64,000 nt of DNA from the human T2T-CHM13v2.0 reference genome, Homo sapiens. Shown one piece after another: positions 13,936-27,518 of this stretch (within the stretch, counting starts at the first letter, position 1; each line of letters begins with the position of its first letter). Position numbers and translations under genes: made by a program. The stretch lies in NCBI RefSeq assembly GCF_009914755.1, contig NC_060947.1. One strand, written 5' to 3'. The notes below the pieces were generated by a model. The model was not told the DNA's origin and ran no database searches. It was given only the letters and a program-made list of their open reading frames with translations.

Positions 13936-14679
13936 CCTTCATGGCTTTGTTCTGTGGAGTTGAGCTTGCTGCATTAGGAAAGTCTGTGGCTTGGGGAGGG
14001 GGTGGGACCAGAGATGTTGACCCTGTGCCCAGCTCTCTGTCAGCTCAAATCTCAGGAAGAAAGGGTAGACTGTAGTAGACCATTCAAGACAAGGACTCAC
14101 AAAGCCAGCCACCTGCAGGGATCAGGCAGATCACTGTACAGAGTGAAGTAGGCCAGGTTGGGGAAAAGTGCAGACTCCAATTTGAGTGCTGAGAACTGCA
14201 GGACATGTGCAAAGGAGGCAGCTGAAGCCCAGGGTTGTCTTGGGGAATGTAGGTCCAGTGTTGCCAATCTTCTCATTCTTCAAGGGAAGTTAGGACTGGG
14301 GATTCTAACATGAAGCCCCCTAATTCATAAATGTTGGCTCAAGTATAAAAACTAACAAACCTACCTCCATGAGGGCTAAACAAGTCTGTAGGCTCTACAT
14401 GGCCTGGGGATTGCCAGTTCTTGCTTTTGTTGCAGCCTTCAGTTCTAGTCTGCCAGCCTCATCTCTCCTACACCTCTTAACCAGACCCATCGTCCCACCA
14501 CAGAAGGAAGGTCACTTGGCGACAACTGCTGGAGGGGTGGAAGACAGGGCTCTCCATCACTAACACTGCTTTCACATAAATGGGGAAAGGAGAGCATGGT
14601 CAGGAGAGAGGCTGGTGTCCTGACTGAGCTGCCAAATTACTTTTCCAAGAAAACATGAGCCCACTCCACTTCCCCAAAA

Positions 14680-16015
14680 GCAGCATAACATGGAGGTCAC
14701 AGCATGGTCGCCGGAGCCAGACCATATGAGTTCCAAGTCTAGCCAGCGCCATTGTTACGGCATCTTTGGGGTGTCACTTTTCTGGCCGGAAACCTCTGTG
14801 GTCAGTGACACTTTTGCCCAAGTTCTTGTCCTGCATCCAGGAAGAATGAAGTATGCAGACAAGTGGAGGGTGAGCAAGACAAAGAGGGGCTTTATTGAGT
14901 GTTAGAACAGCTCAGAGGGGACCCACAGTGGGTAGCTCCTCTGCAGGCAGGTCATCCTGTCATCTCTGCAGCTCTCAGCAGAGAGGAGGCCCTGGAGAGG
15001 GTAGCTCCTCTCTGCAGCTGGTAGTCCTGACATCTCTGCAGGTCTCTGAAGCTCTCAGCAGAGAGGGTAGCTCCTCACTGCAGCTGGTCATCCTGTCATC
15101 TGCTCAACTCTGGCTGAACCCAGGGCTTTTATGGGCCTCAGAGGGGAGGAAGTGTGCACCGATTGGCCCATGGGCAGCCATGGGCAGGCCCAGAAAAGGC
15201 ACCACAAGTTCCCACTCCAGTCTGTGGGACTGGCAGCCTGGCCCCCAGCCTTCAGACCCTTGCTGGCCTGAAGGTGGGGCCTCACCGGGGACCCGCCCCC
15301 TTTCACCAAGGAACCTATCTGCCTTCTGCTGCTGTTCATGGTGCCCAGGCTTGGCCCAACTTTGCTCCAAGATCAGAAGAGGCGCCAGCAGCAGGGAGAA
15401 GGCAGGCAGCGGGAGCAGGCACTTTTGAGCCTGCGAGCGCAGGGGGGCCTTCCTGGGCCCCTACAAGTGCTGGGATGCCTGAGTCTGCAGCCATGGTTTG
15501 GGCGGCTGCACTGTGCCTGGCGGAGCAGGGCTCCTGCCTGCTCCATGGAGCAGGAGACCCAGGTCTGCAACCGTGGTTTGGGCAGCTGCAGCTGTGCCCA
15601 GGAGGGCAGGGCTCCTGCCTGCTGTCAGCCCCTCAAGAGCACGGGGATGCTCAGATCTGCAGGCACGACTTGGGCAGCTGCAGCTCCACCTGGGAGGGTG
15701 GGTCTCCTGCCTGCTTTGTAAAGTAGGACGCCCAGGCCTGGGGGATAGGGCTCCTACCTGCTCTGTGGAGCAGGAGGCCTGGACCACACCTTCCTGCTGC
15801 AGCCGACATCTTGGCAGTGGCCACTGTAGATGGGCCACTGCTGCCATCACCATCTCCTACTTGTATGAGTTTGAGCAAGAGTTCCTTTACTTCCTTGAAC
15901 CATGGTGTCCTCATCTATCACAAGGGTTATTGTGAGAATTAGACCGTGTAGTACATGAAGCACTTGGCAAAACAGCTGGCACAAAGGAGCCACTCACATG
16001 CTGATTGTTATCATT
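14680..16015 (+). mobile_element. MIR split by the LTR
   Basis: ggagccagac...gagttccaagtctagc before the LTR and tcctcatctat...gttattgtgagaattag...aagcacttggcaaaacagctggcaca after it. Confidence 0.65.
14753..15849 (-). mobile_element. ERV1 solo LTR, MER52/LTR27 group
   Basis: TG...CA termini and 4-bp TSD ccat (14749-14752, 15850-15853). Minus-strand CCAAT (15162-15166), CATAAAA (15127-15133) and AATAAA (14891-14896). Internal ~60-bp tandem units at ~14930-15110. Interrupts a MIR. Confidence 0.88.
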
Positions 16016-17289
16016 ACTCACTCAGTCTTTCTTCTCTTTCCTTCACCCCCACCTAAAACAGTCACCAAGTTCCATCATTCTTTTGTAAGACGTTCAAATC
16101 CTTCCCCTACTTTCCACCCTGACTCCCACTAAGCTGTTTCAGGCCTTCAGTAGCTTTTGCCTGGACTACTGCAATAGCCTATCAACCAATCTCTTGTCCA
16201 GTCACTCCAGCTCTGATCCATCCTCTACCTAGCACAGTCCCACATGCTTCAGAGGCACTTGACAGAGATTTTGTGAAACAATTGCTGCCATAGTTGAGTT
16301 ACCTAGAGGACACAGCTAATCTTCCTTAAGCAAACATTACACCCCTGGAGAACATCAAAAACATCAGATGGCTCCACATTGTCTGTAGAATCAAGTGTAA
16401 ACTTCTGAGCATCCCATTCAAGGCTCTTTGTTTTTTGATCATATCCTACCAGTCTGATCTTCCCCCGTAGGTGCTCATATACTCACATCCACGCCCCACT
16501 GCCCTACTGGGTAGTCTCTGAATGAGCTCTGCACTGTCTCATCTCCTACCCTTGGCTCGCATTGTCTCTTCTGCCTGGAATGCCCTCTTTCCATCTCTGC
16601 CTATCACTGACTTTCCTAGTTTTCAAAGTCCAGCTCAAATGCCACCTCTGCTATGAAGACTTCCACATTCTCCCCTCTCTCAAGCTGGAAAAAAATCTCT
16701 TCCTCCTCTGTACTTCAATAACACTTTGTCCCTTAATCGTGGTACTGATTATATCCTGCCTGTGTTCAACTTATTCATTCAAAATATACCTACTGAGCAA
16801 GTACTATATATCAAACCCTGCGCTGGGTGCTGGCAAACAGCAGGAAACAGACACATTATAAATCCACACGATAACATGACTTTATGCATTGGACAACCCA
16901 TAATATCACCCACTACAGCACATTAGAGTTTTTGTCTCACTGCATGCCCAAGAGGAGGGAGCCAGGTTCTCTTGGCCTTGGGCATAGGAAAGAGAGATGA
17001 GGGATTGCAGGTCCCACACTAACCTGCTACATACAAAAGCAGAGGAGGCAATACACCCACAGTGCTATGGGAGTAAAAGGCACAATAGCTGTGCCAAGGA
17101 AGTAGCTCTACAAGCCATATGTCACCATTTCACTCCTGGACTAAGCTACCATCACCCTGCAGCTGCCTCTCTGAGCTCTCCCTCCCTCAGCCAGGCCCAG
17201 GCCCAGGCCCTGGCACTCTCTCTTCAGGTCAATCCAACTGCAGACAGCCTGTCTCTTGCAGCCTCAGCATGGGCAAGGAAGAAGCATGG

Positions 17290-17460
17290 CAGTGGCTCAC
17301 AGCCCTGGCAGCATATCAGAATCACCTGGAGAGTTTTAGTTCTGGCCTTACCAGCAGAGAGTCTGATTTAATTAGTCCGGGGTGGGAGTCCCAGCTTCAG
17401 CATTGTTTAGAAAACTCCACAAGTGATTCTAGTGTGCAGCCAGGCTTTACAACCACCGGG
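17290..17460. mobile_element. MER5A
   Basis: cagtggctcacagccctggcagcatatcagaatcacctggaga...gtgattctagtgtgcagccagg. Confidence 0.65.
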
Positions 17461-18719
17461 TGAAGAGAAGGCTTTGGCTACATGAAGTCCTTGTTATTTG
17501 AGGATAAGTGGTGCTAGAAAAAGGCCACTTACAATGAATCCACTTGAAATGGGGACCAACATTTCACAGTAGAGCAGAAGAAAAGGGGAAAAGGATTTGG
17601 TTAGGACTTCATCTTGAGAAATAAAATTGGAAACATGGAAAATATTTTAGTTTCCATTTAAAATGTACAAAATGTATAAATGTATACATAATTACAAATA
17701 TGCACTAATTCTTATAATGAACAAAGAATGAGTCAAGCACTGGGGGATAATGTAATTTTCCTGACCAAAGTACATGAGAGGATAATATTGACTTTTGCAG
17801 CACAGTCATAAGCAGAGATTTTGTTTTGTTTTTCCAAAATTAGAGAGCTTCTTCAATTATCCCAAGGACCTCTTGTAATCCTTTGAGAGTTGAATCATTC
17901 TCTTTGAAGCCTTGATCCTGTCATTACCCAGGTCAATTTTCTCTTCTGCCAGGGGTAACTGGCCTATCTCTGCCAAATCCCCATTTATTAAAGACTTTTA
18001 CATGACATTAGAGAGGGTCTCCAACATCACTTTCATTGACTTCATGAAACCTTGAATCCTTTTCAAGACCTGCAGTTTCACCCAGAGATTTATTGGGATT
18101 ATGCAGTGCTAACAATTAACAAGAGACTGAAAAAGACCTTAGCAAAATGGTTGTAGACAACCACTATTTGGGTGTTAAATGGGAAGAGGGGTCTATGAGG
18201 GACTCAAAATAGTGACTGCTTTATGCTATGACAACTTCGCCTTTCTACCCAACTTCATAAAGTCCCTTTTCCTTTTGGGGTTCTTAATCTGCTTATCTCT
18301 AAAATGAAGGGATAGGATTAGATGTTTTTATAAATATGAAATAAGTTAACCCAAATGAAGTAATCTACGTGAAGACATGGAGCCCAGTTGGTAGCGCAGA
18401 GGAGCAACTCCATAACTCCTGCGTTTTCTTCCCTCCAAAACATACTTAGATTCTTTTAGGTGACACTAAGGGGTGAAGTAGGGAAAAGGGAGATGGAGAA
18501 GCCCATTAGAGCAACTAGAAGGAAGTCTCAGAACTTCTGCGCCATGCCCAAGTTTCTATCCAACTGCCATTACCTCCTGTTACATTCACTGTGGCAGGTC
18601 GCAGAGAAACTAACTGCTTAGGGGTGTAGGATGGGAATCCAAAACTCATTCAGACATGAAGAAGCTCAAGAAGCTCCTGTGTTGGTTGGGGAGAAAACAT
18701 ATGAACAGAAATTGGTCAA

Positions 18720-19440
18720 AATACCTCTAGAATCTGACCATTTCTCTCACCTCCATTGTCACCACCTAGTCCAGGCCACCACCAACTCTCTCATAGACCA
18801 CTGCAATGGCCTCCTAACTGGTCTCCCTGCTTCCAGTCTTGCACCCCATGCACAGTTCACTCAGAGTATCTCTTAAAAATGCAAACCAGATCATGTCTCT
18901 CCCTGGCTAACACCCTCTCCTAGTTTCCCATCTAAATCAAAATAAATTCCAGACTCCTTAGCGTGGCCCACAGTGCCCTACACGACCTGCCGATTGTCTA
19001 TGTCTCCAACCTCACCTAGCATATTCCCTTCACTCTCCTACAGCCACCCTGCCTTATTTATTTTCCTCTGATAATGCTAAGCTTGTTCCTGTCTCAGGAC
19101 CTTTGTACACGCCATTTCTCAGCCTGAAATGTTATTCCCCCAGACTTTTGCAATGCTCCTCATGATCAGGTCCGAGCTCAGATACCGCTTTCTCAGAAAG
19201 GTTTTTCCTGGCTACTCTAGGTATAGTAGTGCCCTTCTCACCGCAGACACTCTATCATACCACCCTGCTTTTTATATGATCTAGCACTTGTAACTATTTG
19301 GAACGATCTTGTTTATACTTTGGCTTTCTTGTTTATTGCCTGTTTCTCCATTTGAATGTAAGCTCTGAGCAGACAAGGACCTTGTCTGTCTTATTTATTA
19401 TCTTCCCAGTGCCTTAGTCAATGCTCACTGAGTGAATGGA
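18720..19440 (+). mobile_element. L2 LINE 3' portion
   Basis: ccactgcaatggcctcctaactggtctccctgcttcc...aaaatgcaaaccagatcatgtc...tgaatgtaagctc. Confidence 0.75.
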
Positions 19441-19719
19441 TGTAGATGCAGAAGTGGTGGGTGGTTCATCTGAGCAGGAATGAGTGGTACAGGATGTGTG
19501 GAGTGGGTGGCAAGAGATGAGCTTGAAAGATAGCCTGAGGTAAAAACACAGAAGGCCGTGAAGGTCAGGCCAGGGAATGTGTGGGCTTTATATGGTGACC
19601 CATTGGGAGCCATGGAAGATGTTGAGCTTGAGAGCTGACCTGGAGTAAGATTCAGCTGGTGCCATATGCCGGATGGACTGGTAGGTGAAGTAAACGGAGG
19701 GCCTATCAACCACTCTGTG

Positions 19720-20335
19720 CCCGCGCTGGTACCCACTTTCCTCTAGGCCCTCCACTGTCCTGTTCCACCCCGCTCCCCGACTCTTCTGGGGCCACGGAAG
19801 AGCCCTGACTGCTGTTCCCCGACACCGGCCGCTGGGTGGCGCTGTGGCTCCTCCTACCCAGGCTGGAGGCACCAGGGAGGCGGAGGCGCAGCCGCGGAAC
19901 TGGGCCTGGCGCTAGGGTCCGTGGGCGCCTGCAGAGCGGGTTCTTCCTCGTCGGTTCCTTTCTCCCACTTCGCGCGCTTCTCCCGCGTTCAGGCCCGTTC
20001 CCATCCCTAACCCGGCCCGCGGTAGCCCGCTCTCCTTCGCTTCTGACCTTCCTTCGCTTTCCGACCAGCCGGGCCAGAGGCAGGGGCCTGGGCGGGACAC
20101 GGGAGGGGTTGGGGCCGAGTGTCGCCCTTCTTTTTCAGCCCGTTCAGGCCTCTAGTCTCCCTGGACCCCAACGACAGAGCTCGCGACCGCAGCCCTGAGC
20201 CGGCCGGTCCCGTCCAGCCAGGCCCGGGACTAAAGGGAGCTCAGGGCTGAAAGGGCAGCATTTTCCTGCGGAGGGACCAGAGCCATTAAGGGGCCAATTC
20301 ACCGTTTATGTTAATAGTCCTGCCTTTCCTCCCGG
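19720..20335. promoter_or_regulatory. Orphan CpG island ~6 kb downstream of the NALF2 poly(A) site
   Basis: Abrupt high GC and many CpGs (cgcgcg, ccgcgg, gccggccg) in otherwise CpG-depleted DNA. Not recognised as a repeat. GC box gggcggga at ~20090. Confidence 0.8.
19810..19844 (+). promoter_or_regulatory. CTCF binding motif (core plus upstream-module-like element)
   Basis: Core CGGCCGCTGGGTGGCGCTG (19826-19844) versus consensus TGGCCACCAGGGGGCGCTA; TGCTGTTCC (19810-19818) resembles the upstream TGCAGTNCC module. Confidence 0.7.
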
Positions 20336-22139
20336 CCCCTGGAGCAAGAAGCCAATCTTCTGGGACTCCTCCAGTGGCCCTTTCCACCCTCCTGCCATGT
20401 GTCCCAGATTACATCTGCCACCACCCCATATATATATTCTATATCCTAAACTGATCTCTCCTTCGTCACTGCTGTTGTCTGCCCAGATCTTCATTACCTC
20501 CCAACTGGCATTCCTGCCTCTAGCCTCCTGCCCTTGCAGCCCAGACACCTTCGCACAGAGCCAGGAGCCTCCTGGAGCACTGGCCTGGCATCCTGCCCCT
20601 CTAATGGTTCCCATTGTTTGGGAAAAAATCGAAAGCTGGTGTTCAAGGCCTTCCACATTCTGACCATTTTGGCCAACTCACTTCAACTCACATCCAGACT
20701 CAAAGGCATACCCCTGGTGGGCTGCCCTGAGTAGAAGAGGAATTAGAACAGGAACCGAACAGAGTGGGAGGCTCTGTAAGACTCTATACAGGGCTCCATA
20801 GCATCTATTTGAACAGCCTTAACTCATGATCACATTGTCACAAGACTAGAGAGATGCAGAGAACACAATTCCTGCCTGCCCTGGAACACTAGAGCACATC
20901 CGTATTTATTCCTTTGGCCCCTCTCTTTTTCCCCTGTTCCCAGGATCTGTCCTCTCCTGCCATCTCCTTGTTCCCTCTTCTCCTCTGTCTTGTCCCCTCA
21001 TGACCCTCCTGCTGGTACAGGAGGCAGGAGGCTTTATTCTCAACGAGCACACAGCATCCTGCCACAAAGTGCTTGATGACATGCATGACCAGGCTTCTCT
21101 GTAATATCGAGTTTCACTTTCAGCACTTGGGTTGGTTTTTTGTTTTTGTTTTTCTTGAGGAACCTGCTATTCACAGATACTAAGACTGTAGGTAGCCGTT
21201 CTTGAGGAAAGGTCAGAGACTCCTATATTGATCTTAGCCTTGTTGAACCCAGAACACAAACCTGAAAATTAACATGGAAAAGCATACAGGTGAAGAGGAA
21301 AATTGCAAAGGTAGATTTATTGGCAGACAAACACTGATGGTTAATTTCAAGATGCCCTGGGCCCTTGGACTCCTGGAATCAATGCCCAGGGTCAGATATG
21401 GCTCATTTGTGGCCTAGTGGACAAAAGAGCTTGGAATGAAAGACACAGCCCTGAGAAGGCTGGGATAAGAGGAAGAGACAGTTCCTCTTCCCTGGCTCCA
21501 TCTTGGGGTAACTTCCTCTGGGAAATGACAGCTTCCTGTCCCCCAAATTAGCTCTGCTGCTTAGAATACCCTTTTCCACTTGTACTGCATGTATACATAC
21601 ACACAGTGTCTTGCTAATCCTCACAATAACCATGCACAGTAGAAATTAATTTAGGTTTACAGATTAAAAAAACTGAGGCTTGAGGAGGCCAAAAGATCCA
21701 CTCACCCAAAATAAACAAGCAAAATGCAGAGCAGAAGGCCAGGAATAGAAGCCAAGAACTCCAACTCTAAGACCAGTGCCAGCAGCTTTCCATCCATGGT
21801 TTCATGATCTGTTGAAGATCCAAAGCTAGGTCAACTGGCCCCAGCCCTGTACCCTCACCCTGTTCTCAAGAGTGATTGAAAAAGCAGGCAATGTGACTGA
21901 AGCCAGGTGAAGGGCTTTCACCTGGCTCCTGGGCCATGCTGACACCTGGCCTGGCTCTGAATGATGGCAGGGGAACTCAGTCAATGTTGAGGTTTGCAGG
22001 ACCATCAGAGCAACAGCCAGCCTCATGCCAAACCCTTTCTAATGTAGAAGTCTCCACCTGGAGCTTCCAGAGCTATTTTGTTTAACTTGGCAGTGTTGAT
22101 CTATTCAGTATTTAAATTTGAGTTGGGTTTCCTCTATAA

Positions 22140-22390
22140 GAGGTTGTATAGTGTAGTCATTAACAACATAGCTTAGGTTTGCATCCTGCCTCTGTCACTT
22201 GTTCTCTGTGACTCTGGGAAGGTTACTTAAACTCTCTGTGCTTCATCTTGCTCATCTGTAAAATGGAGATTTAAAAAATAGTACTCTACCTCATAGGGTT
22301 ACTATGAGTGTTGAGTTATATCTAAAGCTCTTAGAATAGTATCTGACACATAGTAAATGCTATGTGTTTGTTATTACTATTATTATTATA
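22140..22390 (+). mobile_element. MIR
   Basis: ggttacttaaactctctgtgcttc...ctcatctgtaaaatggagat...tacctcatagggtt core. Confidence 0.8.
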
Positions 22391-22989
22391 TACAAATTGG
22401 GGAGAATTCACATAAAACTCAAATTTCTCACTTCCCCTTAAATATTCAGAAGATCTGACAGCCCTGGATCTCCACTGTTGCCTAGAATGGAATCCGCCCT
22501 CTTCAGGTGGGATGTGCTCTTTCCTGGTCAGCCTCAGTCCTGTAAATTCCCATTTGGTCCCTGACACTGAAGCCAGGTGTCACTTGCCATTTGTCATCTT
22601 ACATGCAGCTAGCTACGTGGGTTTTCATTATCTTCCTGGCCTCTAAAACCAGTCTGTCATCTCTCACCACTGCTTAAATGGTACAAGGGGCAAGGAACAT
22701 CATGAAGCAGAAATTGTCAGCCAATGGGGACATCTCAAGAGATCCCTACCAGGCCAGTCAGAAACCTTTGCCTGCCTTCTCTTTAATGTCCCAGAATGGC
22801 ACTTAGTCACACCAACTTGAAGGTCAAGAGAAGCAGCAAAGATGGTAAAGGGAGGCAAAATGAGGCCATGGCATTCCAGAGCATCCTCTCCTGCAGCCCC
22901 AAAGTTGGGTTTAAAATTTGGCTCAAGGACTCAATAGTAATAACAATTCTAGTAAGATACACTCACATCTCTGCCAAGTGATGTATGTA

Positions 22990-23380
22990 CAGCATCATGA
23001 ATAATAGAAACTATTAGAAAGAACTGAAATGTCATCAATTTGACACATACCTACAGTGGAATACTATGTGATCATTAAAAAGAACATGAAGAGTGGTGTG
23101 TACGATATGCTTCCATTTCTGTAGGAAGGGGAAAAGGGAAATATAAACACGCACACATGTACTTGCTTATATTTGTATTTGTATAGAATATCTCTGGAAG
23201 GATGTCTGAATATAGTGTAGACGTAAAATATCTATGGAAGGATAAGTCAAGAAATTGGTGACCAGTGCTGCCTCTGGGGAAAAGAATTGTGTAGCTGGGA
23301 GAGAAAGAAGACATGCTTTTTTTTCAATATATACCTTTGTATTTCTTTTGAATTTTACACCATGAATCTAAGTGAAAAAA
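22990..23380 (+). mobile_element. Old L1M 3' fragment
   Basis: tacagtggaatactatgtgatcattaaaaaga...ttttgaattttacaccatgaat followed by an A-run. Confidence 0.55.
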
Positions 23381-26300
23381 AAAATCTTGTTTTAATAAAT
23401 CCTGCAGTAGATACAAAAGGAACAAAAAAACCAATTCCAGTATCCCTCCTAAGACAACCTGAAGTCACAGACAAGTTGAATCACAATCAAGGCTGCACAG
23501 GAAACAACCTGGAGTCTGCAGTACCCCAGCCTTTCATTTGCAGTCATTTACACAGTCGTCATTCTATGTCCAAGTGTACATAAATCGTGTTTACTCTGCT
23601 TCTTCTTGCCTGGGCCATCTCCTCTATTCTGCTCAGGCTGGCTACATTCAAGCTCTAAAAATTCCTCGTTTGGGCTGCCTTCTTGGCACCCAGAAGTTCA
23701 GCCTTCTGGGGATTGTGGCTAAAGTGAAAAGAAGTTTGGCAACAGCAGTGCACCCAAAGACCAGGTCTTAAACCCTCCTTCTCCGAAAGTGCTTCTCCCA
23801 GTTATCTGGAGAGGGATCTCTGAAGTGGGCAGAGCCCTTGCATCTGTGTATGGCACCCTGCCAACCAAGGCCCACCTCCATTACCTGACCAAAGACCCCT
23901 TATTCAATTCAACAGCTTTAAAAATAAACCCTACCCTGTGCAAAGCTCCAGGCCAGGTGTAAAGATCCTGGGGTGCTGGGGACACCAGGAAAAGGAGACA
24001 GAGTGCCTGTCCTCTAGAGATACATAGTCTAGATTTGGAAAAAGTCTGAGTTGGGAGAAATGTGGGGGGATAACTGAGGTGATGGTTTTCACCCAGAATT
24101 CTGTGGTGCCCTCGGGCTTTACAGAAGAGCTTCGGGAGTTCTGCAAAGGTCAGATGTGTTGGCAGATTCAGACAGCAACCGAGAGCTGCTACCTTTAATT
24201 TCAAAACATTGATTTGATCAAAACAGCCCCATAATTCTGATTGATTCACTTTATAATAAGGTAAATGGCATAAATTTGATCCCAGTGAACACATTTCTAT
24301 TAATAAAACACTGCTTTTATCTGTTTTACATGGTAGGATTCTGTGTAAGTTTTCATTAAAAGGGGAAGGGTTCGGCTAGTATAAAAGGCCCTACTTAGTT
24401 GTTGTTGTTTTTTTTAAAACCATCCCATACTTCATTTCATACTCCCATCGTTCAATAGAGGAGAAAACAGACCCAGAGAAAAGAAAGAACTTGCCCAAGG
24501 TCACACGGCCGGGCAGTAGAACCTGGTCCAGAAGCAGGGCTTCTTCTCAACTAATACACCTCTAGATTTAAGATAGAGTCTGAGTTAAGAATTGAATTGG
24601 GTTAGGGACTTCTTTTTCTGTGGGATCTCTGCAGGGCTGGAATGGATATTTCAGGATACTTTGGAGCTCAACCAGCCCAGCAAACCACCATTTTCTTCAT
24701 CTCATGGCCTTCTTACGGGGCCTGTGCTTTCCACGGGCCCCAGGTCTAGGCTTCTTTCTGTCAGAGACACAACCCTGCTGCTCGCTTTGCTCTCTGGGGC
24801 TTCCTGGGATTCCCTCAAGCCAGGGCCTGGGCCGGGAAAGCCAAAATTTACTTCTTGCTCAACATGGGTTGACTCCCAGAGGCTGGGTCTGAGCTCTAAG
24901 CCTCTTGCCCGCCCTACCTGGGGGCTCATATCCCTTGCCTTGTTCCCGCTCGTTCTGCCCCCTCCCTCACAGGTGTCTGCCCCCTTTAACACTCCCTCAC
25001 TGGCAGACATCCATGCCGGCCCTCCCCCTTAGTCACCACTCCCCCTGAAACCACTACTGCTGCCTCAGACCTCCTGCCTTTTATCTTGCCCCAGAAGCCG
25101 AGCCCTCTGGTCCCTTAATTGTTCAGCTTGCTCCTTTCTGAACTCACTCCAATTGAGCTCCATAAATTGTAGATAATTGGACTGTCTCACTCAGATTACG
25201 AGCCCCTGGGGCAGTGTCTTCTTGGTCTGGTACAGCCCTGCCCAGAAAGGGAGGGGGGCTGGGGTGGGGCACAGAGGAGGCCAACCCTGGGGTCTGGCTC
25301 AGACCCCTGGGGAGAAAACACAGAGTCACAGCACAGACATTTCTCCACTGCTAAGCTTTGCAGCCTTGATCCCTGTTGCCTGCCCTAGTCCTCATAGGTC
25401 GGCAACTGTGTGAGACATCAATGCTTCTCCACCAACAATGCTGGCAGAAATTGTCTGGTATACAAAGTGGTTTTAAAAATATTGTCAAAGAAGTTCTAGG
25501 ATTCTGGGTAAAAGACTTTCCTTTGGGGGGCACCTGAGTGAGTCACCAGTAAAGAGCTAAGGGCTTATGGGTAAAAACTCAGGCTGAAGACAGTCCTGGG
25601 CAACTTGCCCCTCAGTGGGCATGCTCAATTCCACATAATAACATCTTCCCAGGGAAGTTTATGCTGCCAGCCATCTTGGGCACTGCCAGGAAGGTTGACT
25701 TGGCCACATCCTAGGTATCCAGGGAGTGGGATAATTATTGCTTCAAGGGGTAGTTAGAGCAAAAAGTGAGGGGCTAAGGCAATAATGCTTTGCTCCAGAC
25801 CCAGAACTCCCTCTCTGCCCACTATCCCATGACTTCCCATTGCCCTGGCACTGCAGGGACCCAGGACACACCCTGGAGCAGTTCTTTGGCTATTTTTTGG
25901 CTATTTTTTTTTAAACCATCCCAGACTTTATTTAAAACTCCTATTGTTCAATAGAGGAGAAAACATACCCAGAGAAAAGAAAGGACTTGCCCAAGAACCC
26001 ACAACCTGGCAGAAGTAGATCCTGGTCCAGAGGATATGGGAGATGCTCTCCTCCCCCTGGCCACCACACCACCAAGGTCATGCTGCACAGATTCATCCCC
26101 TTCTGTTTCCCATTGTATCAAAAGTTCCCATCACTGTCCATCAAATCTCCTGAAGGTAGTGGAGCTCACAGTCATACTCAGGGCCTGCCATGGAACTTGG
26201 CACAAAGTAAATGTCTGTTGAGTAAACGAATGAATTAGTGAGTGCAGTAATTATGATCTGAATTTTTCCATGCTTTCGACCTTTAGAGAATCTATCGCCT

Positions 26301-27483
26301 TCCTTCTCTGGTGGGTCTAACAACATAGAATTCAGTAGTGGGAAGTGAAGGGGGAAGTCATATTGTCTGTCCTCTTGCCTCCAGTTGGGACTGTATGCAA
26401 ATACTCCCAAGCAGAAGGTTTTTAAGACTTCCATAAAAGGAGGCTGAAATGGAAGCAGCTGGGCTGTAGTCAAAAGAACACTCAAACTTGGAATCAGAAG
26501 TCCTGTTATGAGATCTGCTCTTGCACTCATTAGCTAGAATCCAAATTGCAATGGAGGAAATGAGGCCAGAACTAGGAACAGGATATATATGTTCCTCCAC
26601 AGAGCATTTGGACATCCATTCAGCCAACAAAACTCCACTGAATACCTGCTACGTGCCAGGTACTATTCTAGGGGCTTTCTATCACTGTGGCTGCTGGGTG
26701 GAAGCATCATCAAAGAGCAAAACTGCAGACAGGGAGACGTTAGGAGGTAGTATCACTAGACATTATAACTAAACCCCGGTTTCTGTTGTGATACGTTGAA
26801 TAGATAATGGCATCACAAATAAAGATAAGAAACACAGGGATCTTGTTTTATATTTGATGGAAGAAGATTCTAGAAGGTTATGAGCTTGGTTTGGGACGTG
26901 TAAAATTTGAGGAAATGGAGGAGGAGGAGAGATCCAATAGACAGTGAATGTATAGGTCTAGAACTTAGACAAAAGGCTTGGACTTGACTGAGAGTATTGG
27001 GAGTCCTCAATATAAGGCTATCTAGGGAGAAGGTATATAGAGAGAAAAGATGAGGGCTAGGGAAAGTACTTTTGAATATGCCAACTTTAAAAATGCACAT
27101 AAAAGATAATGTATAATGCAGCAATGAAGATTTAAAAGAAGCATTCAGTCAGAAAGGGAGAAGGTGATCCATAGTAGGGAAACATCAGGAGAGCCAAGGT
27201 AGGTTTCAAAAAGGCAGAAGTGGTTAGCACAGATGGTGTAGAGAAGAATTTCAATAAAAGAAAAATCTGGAATGTCTGTGTGAATTCTGCCCTAACTATT
27301 TGCCATGTGGTTAGTGGAATGATGGGAGCCTAGAAGCTGTGGGTTGAGGAGTAATTGGGAGGCAAGGAAAGGGAGACAATAAATTAGACCACTCTTTCAA
27401 GAACCTTGGCTGAGGCCAAACAGATGATGGTAGTGGAAGGAAAACACAAGCTCAAGAGAGAATTTTTAGAAGACGGGAGAGAC

Positions 27484-27485
<2 letters not shown>

Positions 27486-27516
<31 letters not shown>
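27486..27516. repeat. (TG)15 microsatellite
   Basis: Perfect TG run. Confidence 0.95.

Positions 27517-27518
<2 letters not shown>

Noticed and set aside
14895-15935. Many overlapping 80-190 aa ORFs (also at 27922-29503)
   Set aside because: They lie within GC-rich MER52-group LTRs and show no protein-like signature.
19836-20198. 120-aa Arg/Pro/Gly-rich ORF in the CpG island
   Set aside because: GTG start, and the composition is explained by high GC content.
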